From positions 7,318,001 to 7,382,000 of the forward strand of contig NC_087251.1 of NCBI RefSeq assembly GCF_037042905.1: a stretch of DNA of 64,000 nt, in the 5' to 3' direction. The position numbers and the translations under genes were made by a program. The stretch is from Lytechinus pictus (taxonomy: Eukaryota). The notes beneath the pieces are model-generated. The model saw nothing but the letters and a program-made list of their open reading frames with translations. It was not told where the DNA came from and made no database searches. Below are positions 13,298 through 25,704 of this stretch, piece by piece (the stretch's first letter is position 1; every line of letters starts with the position of its first letter).

Positions 13298-15329
13298 ATC
13301 ATTGTATGTATTGCAAGTGTAAAGTTTGTGGTCGTCGCGTATCTTCTTTTACTAGTATCACGCAAACACGAGTGTGCGTAGACAAGGGGAACTTAACTGC
13401 GCAGGGGACCTTACCACAATCTAGAAGTGTTTGTGTGTGTTGGGGGGGGGGGGCCATTTATTTGTCCATGGTGGGGGAGGGGGTGTGCGGAGCGCGCGCG
13501 TGTGTATATTTCAACTTTTGTAATCATTTCTTCTGTCGTAGTTCTTACTTGTCACATTTTGAAAGATTGATTTTCTTTTATAACCGTATGATTAATATTG
13601 CTTCAATTTTCATCATTATTGAGATATCTTAATTTTTAAGAGAGATTAAATCAAACCTAAAAGTTCCAAACCCAAGGCGAGAATCAATTTACTGCAAGAG
13701 TAAAATGTGAGGAGCAATCCAAAACAAGTTTCATTAAAATACATTGTAAAATAAGAGTTATGAAATTTATCTTGCAACACTTTCTATGTCTATAGGGATC
13801 CTAAAACTGGAAAACGTGCTACAAAGTGGTTGATCATTTGGTATGTACACAAAAAATGACGTCTTTCTGATATCTCCTATACTGATCTGACTGTTCTGAC
13901 ATAATGGTGTGAATTATATTTGTCCATGAAATAAATATATTGTGCTCAGGAGGGGGGCAAGATGTGATTTGAGAGATAAGGGGCAAAATCTAAAAATTCG
14001 GTACAAAATAAACGAGTTTTCCACAAAATCAGCCATTTTGGAGCATGTTTGCCATTTCGAGGATCCCCACAGAAAGTACAAGACTTTTCAAACTTCCTCA
14101 ACTCCCTTATTTTATAACCGAATTTGATGAAACTTAATTTTAGGGTTTCGGTTTTCTTTATAATACCGATTAAATTGAAATCCTATGTCAATGGACTGTT
14201 GAGTACAGGCTAAATTTGCAAATGTGGCGATCCTGTTTTGACTTTGAATATTCTTATAAAAATGTTCATATATTCTGCCCGTTACCCTCACTGCGGCAGT
14301 CCGAGTGGCGACGTCACCTGGGCTATCCGCCCCCCCCCCACAGTCTATCTGAACCACTGCGTTACATTGCTACGACACGAATGTCACATTCCTTTCCCTT
14401 TTTAAGGAGAAATATCTGATAGAAACAAATTAATGGAGGTGTGATCCATCCAAGAATGACAGATATGTACATGTAAGAGAGCAGCTCGTATGTGACGTCA
14501 CAAGATAAGAGTACAAGAAATATCTGATGTGGTCCTGTTTCTTTCATTTTGTTTCTACCCTACAACTTATTAAACACCACATGCACGGATCTAACCTGAT
14601 ATCAAACAGGAATTTGAAAACAGAGAAAGGAAATAATTTCTTTCATCCTGACTAGTACCCTGCAACTTATCTCACACCACATGCACGGATCTTACCTGGC
14701 ATGCCTGGTATCAAATGGTAATAAAATCAAGAAAAACAAATTCTCTCCTTCCATTCTGACTTCAGAAACGAATAAATGAATGATACAGTAATTCGTCACC
14801 ATCATGGGCGTTTGTTGTTGTTTTTTTTTTTTTTTAATTCACCATTCCAACAGAAAGCAATACAACAAAATGAATCTCGACTATTAAGTAGAATTCCCTG
14901 AAGGCGGGGATGGGGTATATGGTATGGGCATAATCGCAATTGGGAGTATTAGGCCTACAACTTCTTGTATTCTCGTTTATCAGAGTTTTGAGGTGTATTC
15001 ATCTCCATTATAGAATTGCAGTAATCCCATATCACGGGATTCGTGCAGGGTAGCAAAATCATATGAAATTAGAATGGAATTGTAAATTCAAGTTGCTTTC
15101 TCATTATTATAGGCCTTATGCCTATTTGGCATTCAATGTAAGCTGGTATGACGAACCACATTAGAGATCGTTGAATAAAATGTTAAACGGTGGTTTAATT
15201 ATGTGTCTTTTTAACGAGTGAATCCTGATAATTCAACCGATAAGGATTTTAAACATGAAAGTCTATCTAAAAAAGTTCATTATAATAATTTTCCAATCGA
15301 CCTCGTGTCTTCATTCAAACAGAAGTTAA

Positions 15330-15903
15330 AGGACAAGTTCACCCCAACAAAAAGGTTGTTTTTTAATAAAAAGGAGAAAAATCCAACAATTAAGTATATA
15401 TCACTGATAATTTCATCTAAATCTAATGTAAAATAAGACAGTTATTACATTCTTAAGTTTCGTTTTATTTCACAAAACAATTATTATGCACATCCTGATC
15501 AGTATGCAAATGAGGAGACTTATGACGTCATCTATTTACTATTTCTTTTGTATTTTATTATATGAAATATTCTAATTTTCACCTCATTGTCAAATGAAAC
15601 AACAATTAATTCCTCCCTGAACATGTGGAATTAGCATTGATTAATATATGGTTCAGTCAAGTTAGTCCTTATTGTCAAATCTGCAAAAAATGAAATATTG
15701 TATAATTCAAACATTAAAAAAATGTGAGTGAGGGACATCATCGTCTGTCTCATGTGCATATTATTTTGTGAAAAATAAGCGAAATTTTAAAATGTCACAA
15801 CTTTCTTATTTTACATCCGATTTTGATGAAATTTTCAGTGTTATGCTAGTTTGACTCTTCTCTATATATTGAAATCAACAATTTTCTGGGGTGGACTTGA
15901 CCT
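15330..15903. mobile_element. Kolobok-type MITE (TTAA TSD)
   Basis: TTAA|AGGACAAGTTCACCCCA ... TGGGGTGGACTTGACCT|TTAA. Same family as 51107-51709, in the opposite orientation. Confidence 0.75.
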
Positions 15904-16231
15904 TTAAAGAAAATAACAGTCCAGAGTACAGCATGATGGCATGTTGATATCAGCAAATAATGGAGTATTGCTTGCAAAGTTTCACCATAAAAATCTATGT
16001 TAATTCGTGTCAATTTGGTGATCGGACCTCCTCGTTTATTATTCAATACTTCTTTTCTTGCAGCACCCCTTTTAACTTTCCCGTACTCCCTTGTCAATAT
16101 TTCCAATATTAACATTTCATTCTATTATCAAACATGACAAAAAGACATATAAAATATTATCCAATACAGCTCTATATTAATATTATTACAACGCCCTGGC
16201 CATCATTCTTCTTGTGAAATGTCATATGTAC

Positions 16232-16388
16232 CAGGGGCCAGGGGAACGGTTATCAAAGTGGGGGGGGGGGGGCTGACCATGCAAAAAATCACAATCCTAT
16301 GGTCATTTTTACGATTTTGTACACGGTTTTGGAAAAAAGTGTGGGGGGGGGCTTCAGCCCCCCCCCCCCCCCGCTTCCGCGGCCCCTG
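16232..16388. mobile_element. Short hAT-like MITE with 5-bp TSD
   Basis: CAGGGGCC...GGCCCCTG termini flanked by TGTAC/TGTAC. Sister copies at 33415 and 44365. Confidence 0.8.
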
Positions 16389-16987
16389 TGTACATTACAC
16401 GGGTATGATTTTTAAGCTGTTAATGAATTCATGTGCTTAAATAATCAATTCGGATTCCAACTGACATGATTACTTTTTATTAATGTCAACCTACAATAGT
16501 GATTATTCTGGATGAATATTGCACTTTCAAGGCCTACACAAGACATGCCCTTTTAAGAATATTTGTGGATGAACGTTGACGATTTTCTGTTTTAATGTAA
16601 TTTTAAACAGATTATTACATATTTTGTTTGTCCCATTCGGGGAGGGGGCGTAGAGTAGTAAGTAAAATATTGTATATATTGCGAAGTGAAAAGGGTGTTA
16701 CATGTTCACAATATAAGAAAAAAGTTACAATAATAAGTAACAAGAAATTAACATTAATTTTACGCAGCAGAGAATATTTTGATTTCTAGGCTTTTGAATT
16801 TACTTTCGAAAGGGTAAAATCACAAGACGTGGTTCAAATTGGATGTAATTCGGAAGCGGCATTTCCATATTTAGAAAGTTGGAAAAAAGTAAACTGATCT
16901 TAAGTTCGTTGAAAGGCAAAACTGAATAAAACTTACGGCTTCAACTCAGATTGATTATGACGTCACGGCCAGAATGGTACCGTATAG

Positions 16988-18177
16988 AACAAGTGGAACG
17001 CCTCTGGCAGTCTCGCCTGCATGCATTACGCGATTTAATATAGCAGCAGTGCTAACTTTGAAAACTACTATAAAATAATCATTCACAAAAACACCGTTCA
17101 TATAATGACATAATACCACGTTCATTGACCATAAATGACATTTGAACGGTGACTTAAGACTTGTCAACTACACCCTTGTCCATATTTATTCACTCTATCC
17201 ATAAACTTTCAAAGTTATGATGGCAATTCAACAATTACCCCAACATGCATGGCTTAAGTTTATTGACCTTAACTGACCTTTGACCTTGGTTTTGTGACCT
17301 GAAACTCACAGGGGATGTTCAGTGATACTTGATTACTCTTATATCCCAAGTTTTATGAACTAGATCCATAAACTTTCGGAGTTATAGGATGGTAATTCAA
17401 CAAATACCCCCAACACGGCCAAAGTTCATTGACCTTTAATGACCTTTGACCATGGTCATGTGACCTGAAACTCGTACAGGATGTTCCGTGATGCTTGATT
17501 ACTCTTATGTCCAAGTTTTATAAGCTAGATCCATAAACTTTCAGAGTTAGGATGGCAATTTAACAAATACCCCCAACACGGCAAAAGTTCATTGACCTTA
17601 AATGACCATTGACCATGGTCATGTGACCTGAAACTCCCACAGGATATTCAGTGGTACTTGATTAACCTAATGTCCAAGTTTCATAAACTAGATCCATAAA
17701 TTTTAAAGTTATGATAGTAATTCAACAAATACCCCCAACTTGACCAAAGTTCATTGACCCTAAATGACCTTTGACCTTGGTCATGTGACCTGAAACTCGA
17801 ATAGGATGTTCAATAATACTTGATTAAACTTTCGCCCAAGTTTCATGAACTAGGTCCATATACTTTATAACTTATGATGTCATTTCAAAAACTTAACCTT
17901 CGGTTAAGATTTTGAAAATAATTATCCCATCATGTTCTAAGTTCATTGACCCTAAATGACCTTTGATCTTAATCATGTGACCTGAAACTCAGGCAGGATG
18001 TTCAGTAATACTTCATTAACCTTATGTCCAAGTTTCATGAACTAGGTCCATATACCTTCTAAGTTATGATGTCATTTCAAAAACTTTACCTTAGGTTAAG
18101 ATTTGATGTTGACGCCACCGCCGCCGTCGGAAAAGCGGCGCCTATAGTCTCGCTCTGCTCTGCAGGCGAGACAAAAA
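16988..18177 (+). mobile_element. Helentron-associated non-autonomous element with five ~163-bp internal tandem repeats
   Basis: Subterminal inverted repeats GTCTCGCCTGC (~17010) and GCAGGCGAGAC (~18162), 3' hairpins and a terminal A-run. The core TGACCTTTGACC(T/A)TGGTCATGTGACCTGAAACTC recurs at ~17281, 17447, 17610, 17772 and 17964. A 5' fragment also occurs at ~20978-21120. Confidence 0.65.
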
Positions 18178-18954
18178 TGGTCATATATAAATGAATCGAT
18201 TTATACAATTAAAATTTCTTTTTCAAACTTTTTACATCAGTTCTAAAATTAAAGTTTTGTTCTTCTCTCTCGTAGTACAAACATATCATGTTGTGCGTGA
18301 TAGGCTTTCAAATTTGATATTTTGAGTAAGCATGCCAAGCGTATCGTTAATTTGCAATATGATCCGAATGCTCAAAACGTGCTGTAGACTGGCCTAGATT
18401 AAAGCCCTAATAATTGCATTCAATAATGTCGGGTGTTTCTAGGGAAGCGTGTGCGGAGATTTATTGTCATGGGAGAATTAAGGGTAAGCGGGAACTACAA
18501 AACTCGCCAATGGGCTATTATACACGATGCTGTTTTTGTATGATCCCTATACATAATTATTACGAGAATCTGCGCCCGCAATACTATTATCATTATGGTA
18601 ATGTGTACAACAAAAAGCTAATTGGGAGCGTTAACGGGTTCGTTCCGCCTATTTTCCTTAAATAAAGACTGGCTTAATACCTGATAAATTATTGATCATA
18701 CTCATGATAAGCGATGATTAGTATATGAACAGTAGGCTATGTTGTCGATATGAAATACAAAATGGCGTGGTTGATCAATCAAATCCAAACTATTACAGTA
18801 TAAACACTTGTTAATGTCGGCCCTAATTATCATTAAAATCATTTTAAATGAGATCATCAAGTGGGGACCATTTTCTTATAATGAATTTGTTGACATTTTC
18901 TATTTCCAGTCTTGCAATGGTATCCTCAATATATCTTTTATAAGAAATAAATGA

Positions 18955-19350
18955 TGTTAATAATAAAAATAAAAATAATAATGATAATAATAATAACAAT
19001 GATAATAATAGCAATAACAAAGATAACAATAATAATAATAACAAAGATAATAATAATAAAGATAATAATAATTATAATAATAAAAGGCATTTGTATAGCG
19101 TCATCTATCTAGAAACATGTATTCCGAGGCGTATCGTTATTACCCCGGCTTTAGCTCGAGCTGCCTTTCAGCGCTCGTGCATTCAAGGAATTAATCGATC
19201 CTGCCGGGTACCCATTCGCCTCACCTGGGTCGAGTGCAGCAAAGTGTGAATAATTTTTTTGCTGAATGAAAACACGCCATGGTTAGGATTCGAACCAACG
19301 ACCCTCTGTTTGGAAGGCGAGAGTCAGAACCACTAGACCACGACGCGCCC
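18955..19350 (-). mobile_element. tRNA-derived SINE with expanded (TAT)n tail
   Basis: Reverse strand begins GGGCGCGTCGTGGTCTAGTGG (A box) and GGTTCGAATCC (B box), and has the core CTCGACCCAGGTGAGG-GAATGGGTACC. Confidence 0.85.
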
Positions 19351-19793
19351 AAATACAATATACATCTCATACAAAGATTCTTGTAATTTCATTGGTTGAA
19401 AGCTATTCAATATTTGATCAATTTTTGCTGCATGCAAATTTTATTTTCCATTGCATGGCAACAGTGCATTTTTTCCATAGCACGGTTGACCTCTCTCCCT
19501 CCACTAAGCAAGTGTGTGTACGTACATTTTGTATGTCTGTGGGTCTAACGTGTGGGTGTGTTTGCGCGCATCGAAGTAAGCGCATCAACGAGGCTGACTG
19601 TGCGCAATCGATCAGATTCATGAATCAAAGAGCTTCACATGAAAAAATGAAAAACAACTGCTTTTATACATGGGAAAATAATCAGAGAAAATTAATTGTC
19701 AGACAAAGGCAAATATGATTTTAATTCCATCTGCTTTTATTTTTGCTTCTACTTTGTCAAATAACACGATCTCGAAGAGTCGTTGTATAAACC

Positions 19794-19948
19794 AAATGAT
19801 GCATAGTGTTCATTCGTCCATTATGCGACCTATCCACTCTCGTTGAGACTGTGTTCACGCCATTGCACTCAGCCTATCGATGAATTTGAACAGAGCCTCA
19901 ATTCGAGTGACGATAGATCGCATAATGAACGCATGTGCATGCATCATT
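19794..19948. repeat. Imperfect ~155-bp palindrome (old MITE)
   Basis: AATGATGCAT...CATTATGCGACCTATC is mirrored by GATAGATCGCATAATG...ATGCATCATT. Confidence 0.5.
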
Positions 19949-21360
19949 ATATCATACGCATGCCGGAGTTAAATCAATTTAACATGAGGTGAAAAAATGT
20001 AATTATCATGTAATATACAGCTAGTAATCTCAAAACAAATTGATTGAATCATCTGTATTGTGTCTGACGTGACTCAAATTAATGGTCTTATTAATTAGGC
20101 ACATTATTTTGGGGCCACAGAAAGACACCTTTAGTGTGTTAATTACATATGTACACATTTTAACGTACGTATTTTTTAATGTATGCCTTGTTTAATCGAT
20201 ACAAATTTTTTGTGATTGTGTTTAAATTATCTTCATTATTATAGGGTCGCAAAGGGATGGAAACTCTTAGGAAATTTTGGCAAATTTCCATGGAAAGTTT
20301 CGGGAATTTACATTTTTCACAAAAACTGATCAATTGTGTTTTAAAATACAAAATTATAAATTGAGGTCCTCAGACATTGTACTTTCCATTTGTGTAAAAC
20401 TATTCTTCATTCTTTGAATTGCCCACAGTATAGAATATTCATCAAACTGTACATATAGACCTACATTATGCATTGTATAGGCCTATATTACTGTAAGTGC
20501 AACATGATGGAACATGATGTACAAAATGAAGCTTTTTATCAATTCAACATGAAAAAATAAAACATCGCATTACACTATTTTTCATTTTTCTATAAATGTC
20601 AAAGTTTCTTTGATGTAAGAATGCTTCTATTTACTATTTTAAACCTGTTAATAATGTATATTGCATCATGCATTTATGCAGACACAGACCCTTATTGAAA
20701 CTTTGATCCACAAGTGGGTCTTCACACGAGACTAGCACAGATACAATTTTCTGTTGAACTATAGAGGTGCTTTTTGTACACAAATCATATAGGGAGGGGC
20801 CTTAAGCGGCATATTTAGACCATTATCCTCTAGTGAAGGGTCTGCACAGCATCCTCCCAGCAGCTATGACACTGGCTTTAAGTATTTGTAGATGGAAAAC
20901 ACACCAATGTTTAATACTAATTTATTTCTGAGATGACCCCTCCACCCCCCCCCCAAAAAAGGGCATATAACAATATAATGGAAGACCTCTGGCAGTCTTG
21001 CCTGCATTATGCAATTATAGCAGCAGTGTTGACTTTGAAAACAACCAAGATGAATTATTTTTCACAAAGGGAGAAAAACACGCTTTAAATTTGTTGACTT
21101 CATAATGACCTTTGAGCTTTATTGAGAATCTTGCTATTAAGTTCACATCTTTTGTAATATCATACCAGTTTCTTTTAATTCTATCAAGCATTTTGAAAAT
21201 AGTGAACAAAATATTCATTCCTAACAGAGTTCTGAACCACGAGCTGTAACAACGTGTAAACGCAAAACCAAAAGCCGATTCTGCATCGGCTGTTGGTTCT
21301 GAACCAAATGCCGATTAAGTGTAAACACGGTATTAGCATCCTCAGATGCGCTGCCCGGAT

Positions 21361-21645
21361 GGGCGCGTCGTGGTCTAGTGGTTCTGACTCTCACCTTTCA
21401 AACAGAGGGCCGTGGGTTCGAATCCTAGCCATGGCGTGTTTTCCTTCAGCAAGAAATTTATCCACATGCACTGTGCTGCACTCGACCCAGGTGAGGTGAA
21501 TGGGTACCCGGCAGGATTATTTTCTTGAATGCACTGAGCGCCGGTGAGCTCGAGCTAAAGCCGGGGTAATAATAGCAGCGCTTTGTACCCTCAGGCAAAA
21601 CGCGCTTTATAAATCCAGCTATTATTATTATTATCATTATTATGA
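21361..21645 (+). mobile_element. Full-length tRNA-derived SINE (Meta-domain-like core, L2-like tail)
   Basis: A box TGGTCTAGTGG, B box GGTTCGAATCC, core GCACTCGACCCAGGTGAGGTGAATGGGTACC, tail AGCGCTTTG...GCGCTTTATAAAT..(TAT)n. Confidence 0.85.
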
Positions 21646-21859
21646 TTAATCGATGCAGCGTGTAAACACGATAAATGTTTCACAATGTTTTGTTTTTATT
21701 ATCACCTGTATCAGACATCTAATTTACAAAACCGTATTGCCCTAGATTTTCCGAATATCGGGAAGGGATAGGTATATTGTTTGTATTTTACTCGGTCTCT
21801 ATGCGCGTATTGACTTTCCATGCAGAGTCTACGCAAAATATACCTTTGTATTTTCCCTG

Positions 21860-22073
21860 GGTGGTGTTTCACAAAGATTTCAGTATGACTTATAGAGTCG
21901 CACTTAAATACCGAATTGTGTACGGTATGAAAGGCTCGATCGCATTGGTCAGATCGTGTCATGAGGACGCGCACTAATGTGTAACTATCAATAAAATCGC
22001 GCGTTGCATATCATGTACGCGTCGGTATTTAAGTGCGACTTAAGTCATACTTAAATCTTTGTGAAACACCCCC
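21860..22073. mobile_element. Harbinger-type MITE (CTG TSD)
   Basis: CTG|GGTGGTGTTTCACAAAGATTT ... AAATCTTTGTGAAACACCCCC|CTG. A second, interrupted copy lies at ~23514-24125. Confidence 0.75.
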
Positions 22074-22155
22074 CTGGTCTCACATCTTGACATTTGAGGA
22101 TGCGTAGAAAGAGATGCGCTTCATAATGATCCGCGCAACAACATTATACGTCATA

Positions 22156-23024
22156 GGCCGTGTTTACACTTAAAGTGATTGGTTAACATTGGTTTGACTT
22201 TTTAAAAATCTGAGCTAGAAGTCACACTTGTCACCTGTGTCTGTGATATGTTACAAAAATGAAGCCCAGAAAAAATTGCGTTCTAAAATAATTATTTAGT
22301 GCTTCAAAAATTGAAATATAAAGTGACCGAAAACACCATCTTAATTTCATCCCATACACTTATGTGTACTATTTATGCGTCTATAAGACGCCTATTTACA
22401 AAATCGGGGTTTGCCTTCTAGTTTTAGCTTTTCATTCTCAATAATGGTTGTTTTCAGGGTTTATTAGTTCTAATACATGCACTTGTACACATGTTTCATC
22501 TTGGTTTGAGAATTTTATAAATCGGCTGCTCACAAAGTTAAACAACACCTTTAATCGGCTTCTGGTTCAGAACCAAAAGCCGATGCAGAATCGGCTTTTG
22601 GTTCATCTTGCACTGCGTTTACACGTTGCATCGGCTCGCGGTTCAGAACCGGCTTTTGGGGTAAAAACCTGAAATGATCCGCGCACCAACAATATACGTC
22701 ATAATAAAGACATCGCTGGATCCGTGCGCTTACAATTACGTGACAATTAATGGTAAAGTAAATGAAATACGCGCCAATTGCCGATGCAGAATCGGCTTTC
22801 TGTTTAGTATTAAAATTAGCCGATTCTGCATCGGCTCGCGGTTCTGAACCTATTACTTTGGTGGTGCAAATTGCCGGTTCTGAACCGCGAGCCGATGCAA
22901 GTTACTCGCGTTTACACGCTATGAGAAAGCCGATTCAAAAGCCGATTAAGTGTAAACACGGTATTAATTGCGTTTACACGCTATGAAAAAGCCGATGCAC
23001 AAGCCGATTAAGTGTAAACACGGT
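22156..23024. mobile_element. Harbinger-type MITE family with CCGTGTTTACAC termini, interrupted by a Kolobok-type insertion
   Basis: GGCCGTGTTTACACTTAA[insert]TCGGC...GTGTAAACACGGTA, with the right end tandemly duplicated. Related copies at ~21230-21332 and 23622-24076. Confidence 0.65.
22174..22550. mobile_element. Kolobok-type MITE (TTAA TSD) nested in a MITE
   Basis: TTAA|AGTGATTGGTTAAC ... GTTAAACAACACCT|TTAA. Removing it restores the host end CCGTGTTTACACTTAATCGGC, the reverse complement of the host right end. Confidence 0.75.
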
Positions 23025-23621
23025 AATAGTAAAGACAACACTTGATCCGGGCGCTGGATATGCGTTACAAGGGACGCGATCTTAGAATTACAAGTAAGTC
23101 ATAATGGTAAAGTAGAGAGCCTTGATCTAAACATGACACAGTAGAACCATATATTCTTGAAAGAAATATCTCAATTTTCATGATTTTTGCTATTAGTTTC
23201 TGATTTGGATGATAATAAAAATATTGACTGGCACTTCTTTCGGGGAACTTCACATATATTACCCTTAAAAGAACCATTATTGACCTCGTCTAAAGACTCG
23301 GGCCAATATGGTTCTTACGTGGGCAATATATTTGATGTTCCCCTCAAGGCCAGTCAATATTTTATAAATATTTTCTCTTATGCCATCTTTTTGTTCCATA
23401 CAATCCCATACAATGTATTATACATGTTTAATATAATTTTTGTATTTCTCATACCCTGAAAGGGGTCGACAGAAATTTGCAAATAAAGTTCAAGTTCAAA
23501 GTCGAAGTTCAAGTTCACAAAGATATAAGTATGACAGTCGCACTTAAATGCATATTTGCGCGCGGTATAAAAGACATCACCGCATTGGCAGATTATGGCA
23601 AGTGGACGCGCACAACTGCGT

Positions 23622-24076
23622 TACCGTGTTTACACGCTGCATCGGCTCGCGGTTTAGAACCGCGAGCCGATGCAGGTTCGGCTTTTTTTCTACGTGTAAA
23701 CGCGATTAACTTGCATCGGCTCTCGGTGCAGAATCGGCAGTTTTGCACCACCGAAGAAGTAGGTTTTAGAACCGCGAGCCGATGCAGAATCGGCTTTTTT
23801 TAACGTGTAAACAGAAAGTCGATTCTGCATCGGAAATAATTGGCGCGCATTTAAGTTACTTTACCATTGTGACGTACTTGTAAGCGCGCGGAACCAGCGT
23901 TGTCTTAATTATGACGTATATTGTTGGTGCGCGGATCATTTCAGGTTTTTGCCACGCGAGCTGATTCTGCATCGGGAGCTGTGACAGCGTGTAAACGCGG
24001 GCAAGATAAACCAAAAAGCCGATTCTGCATCGGCTATTGGTTCTGAACCAAAAGCCGATGCACGTGTAAACACGGT
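23622..24076. mobile_element. Harbinger-type MITE (TACCGTGTTTACAC termini) nested in another MITE
   Basis: TACCGTGTTTACACG ... CGTGTAAACACGGTA, with internal GCATCGGCTCGCGGTT/AACCGCGAGCCGATGC palindromes. It interrupts a copy of the 21860 family. Confidence 0.65.
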
Positions 24077-24943
24077 AAGATCGCGTGTTGCATATTCATG
24101 TACGCGTCGGCATTTAAGTGCGACATATTCCCCGGGGAAAATACAAAGGTACATATTTTGTATCGTTTCTGCATGCAAAGTCAATACACGCACCTGCGCA
24201 CAGAGACCAAGCAAAATACAAATAATATACCTATCCTTCCCTATATTCAGAAAATATAGGGTAATACAAATATGTAAATGACAACGGTTTCCGATGGATT
24301 GCGAATTTGAAAGAACCTCACTGGTCCCTGAACAGCATTTTACACCAAATGCGCGCGTAACATCTAAATTGATTGATCAGTTCATTTAGCGATTGATCGC
24401 TATTCTTTGTGTTATGGAGCCCAGCTCAGATGTCAGATACGGGTACTAATCAAATTTAAGCTATATATTTAATGTGAATTAATTGCAATGCACAGTCAAA
24501 CACGTTCCTTTTGACAATGTGTGCTGGGGATCTATTCGGTCTGTTTTTCTAATTCCTCGTTGCCATGGTTACGATTTAACGAAAGCAAAATTAGTTGACT
24601 ATTTAAAAAAAATGAGTCTGTCGAAACTGATGGTAATCGGTGTAATGTGCATGGTTGCTATTTACAAAAACCATTTACATGTGATTTGCTGTCAACCAAA
24701 GTGATACATCAAAGTTCATAATAAATGGGGATAGTGTCGTGTCGTAATGATAGATACGTGTTTTACTAATAACATCATAACATGTAATACATTTTAGATT
24801 TTTACAGAAAATGTGTTTTAAAACAAAATATTACAAAAGAGCTTACTGGAATTTTTGTTAAATACAAAATGTGTAGTAATCCGTCAGATTTCATACAATA
24901 TTTGGCGCGCTTGCTTATTACAAGTCAGAATGGACTTCGTTTA

Positions 24944-25156
24944 TACCTAGTTCCAACTGTCACGAATTGCGCCACGCTTCAAACGACGTACTTGATCGTG
25001 GAGTAATCGTAGTGATCTTATCGGATCATATTAAATCAGCCGTGGTAATCATGTAGATCGTAGAAAGGTTCTGAATGGTTCAACAATTTTAGCGATCAGT
25101 TACGAAAGTCCAATCGTGGCGATCGTAAAGGATCGCCCGACAGTGGGACCGAGGTA
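24944..25156. mobile_element. Harbinger-type MITE (TTA TSD)
   Basis: TTA|TACCTAGTTCCAACTGTC ... GACAGTGGGACCGAGGTA|TTA. Confidence 0.6.
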
Positions 25157-25704
25157 TTACAATACCACTTTGTGTTCCGATTCTTTACCATCACTAAGTA
25201 TCTTTATAAGTTGTTACCATAATTAATCGTTGTCATCTTTATCATCATTCTTCATCATTGTTGCTGGTTAATACCAAACTAAAACCACCAAGCAGAGCAC
25301 ACAATGCTCTAAGTTTGATGAAAATGTCAGAGGCATAATGAGGAAGAAATGACAGAGGAAAAGTGGGTCTTTCACCTCCACCAATTTACCTCTGTTTTAC
25401 ATATTTTACCTCTGGTAGTTCTATCTCTTACAGTGATTTTTTTTCCTTGCACCCAGACCATCTTCAATAAACTAGTAAAGACGAGGACACCTGACTATGA
25501 TAGGCCCCTAAATAATAAAGTAGCTGTAGCAACCTAGAAACATTTAAATCGAAATTGATAAATTGATGAAACTCAAGACATAGCAGAAATGTTGGAGTGC
25601 AGATGAAGAATGTGTTCAAAATACAACAAAATATAGTTTCACAACCAAAACGGTCCAAGTGTGCAGAATACCATCACAGTGATTGGTACAGTTTTTGTTA
25701 TTCT

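Noticed and set aside
14555..14700. Two ~50-bp direct repeats (CCCT.CAACTTAT...CACCACATGCACGGATCT)
   Set aside because: A simple local two-copy duplication with no further structure.
21361..21435. tRNA-like sequences (also ~19275-19350 and ~38827-38900)
   Set aside because: They are SINE heads. They continue into a shared SINE body and tail, and I could not form a complete cloverleaf.
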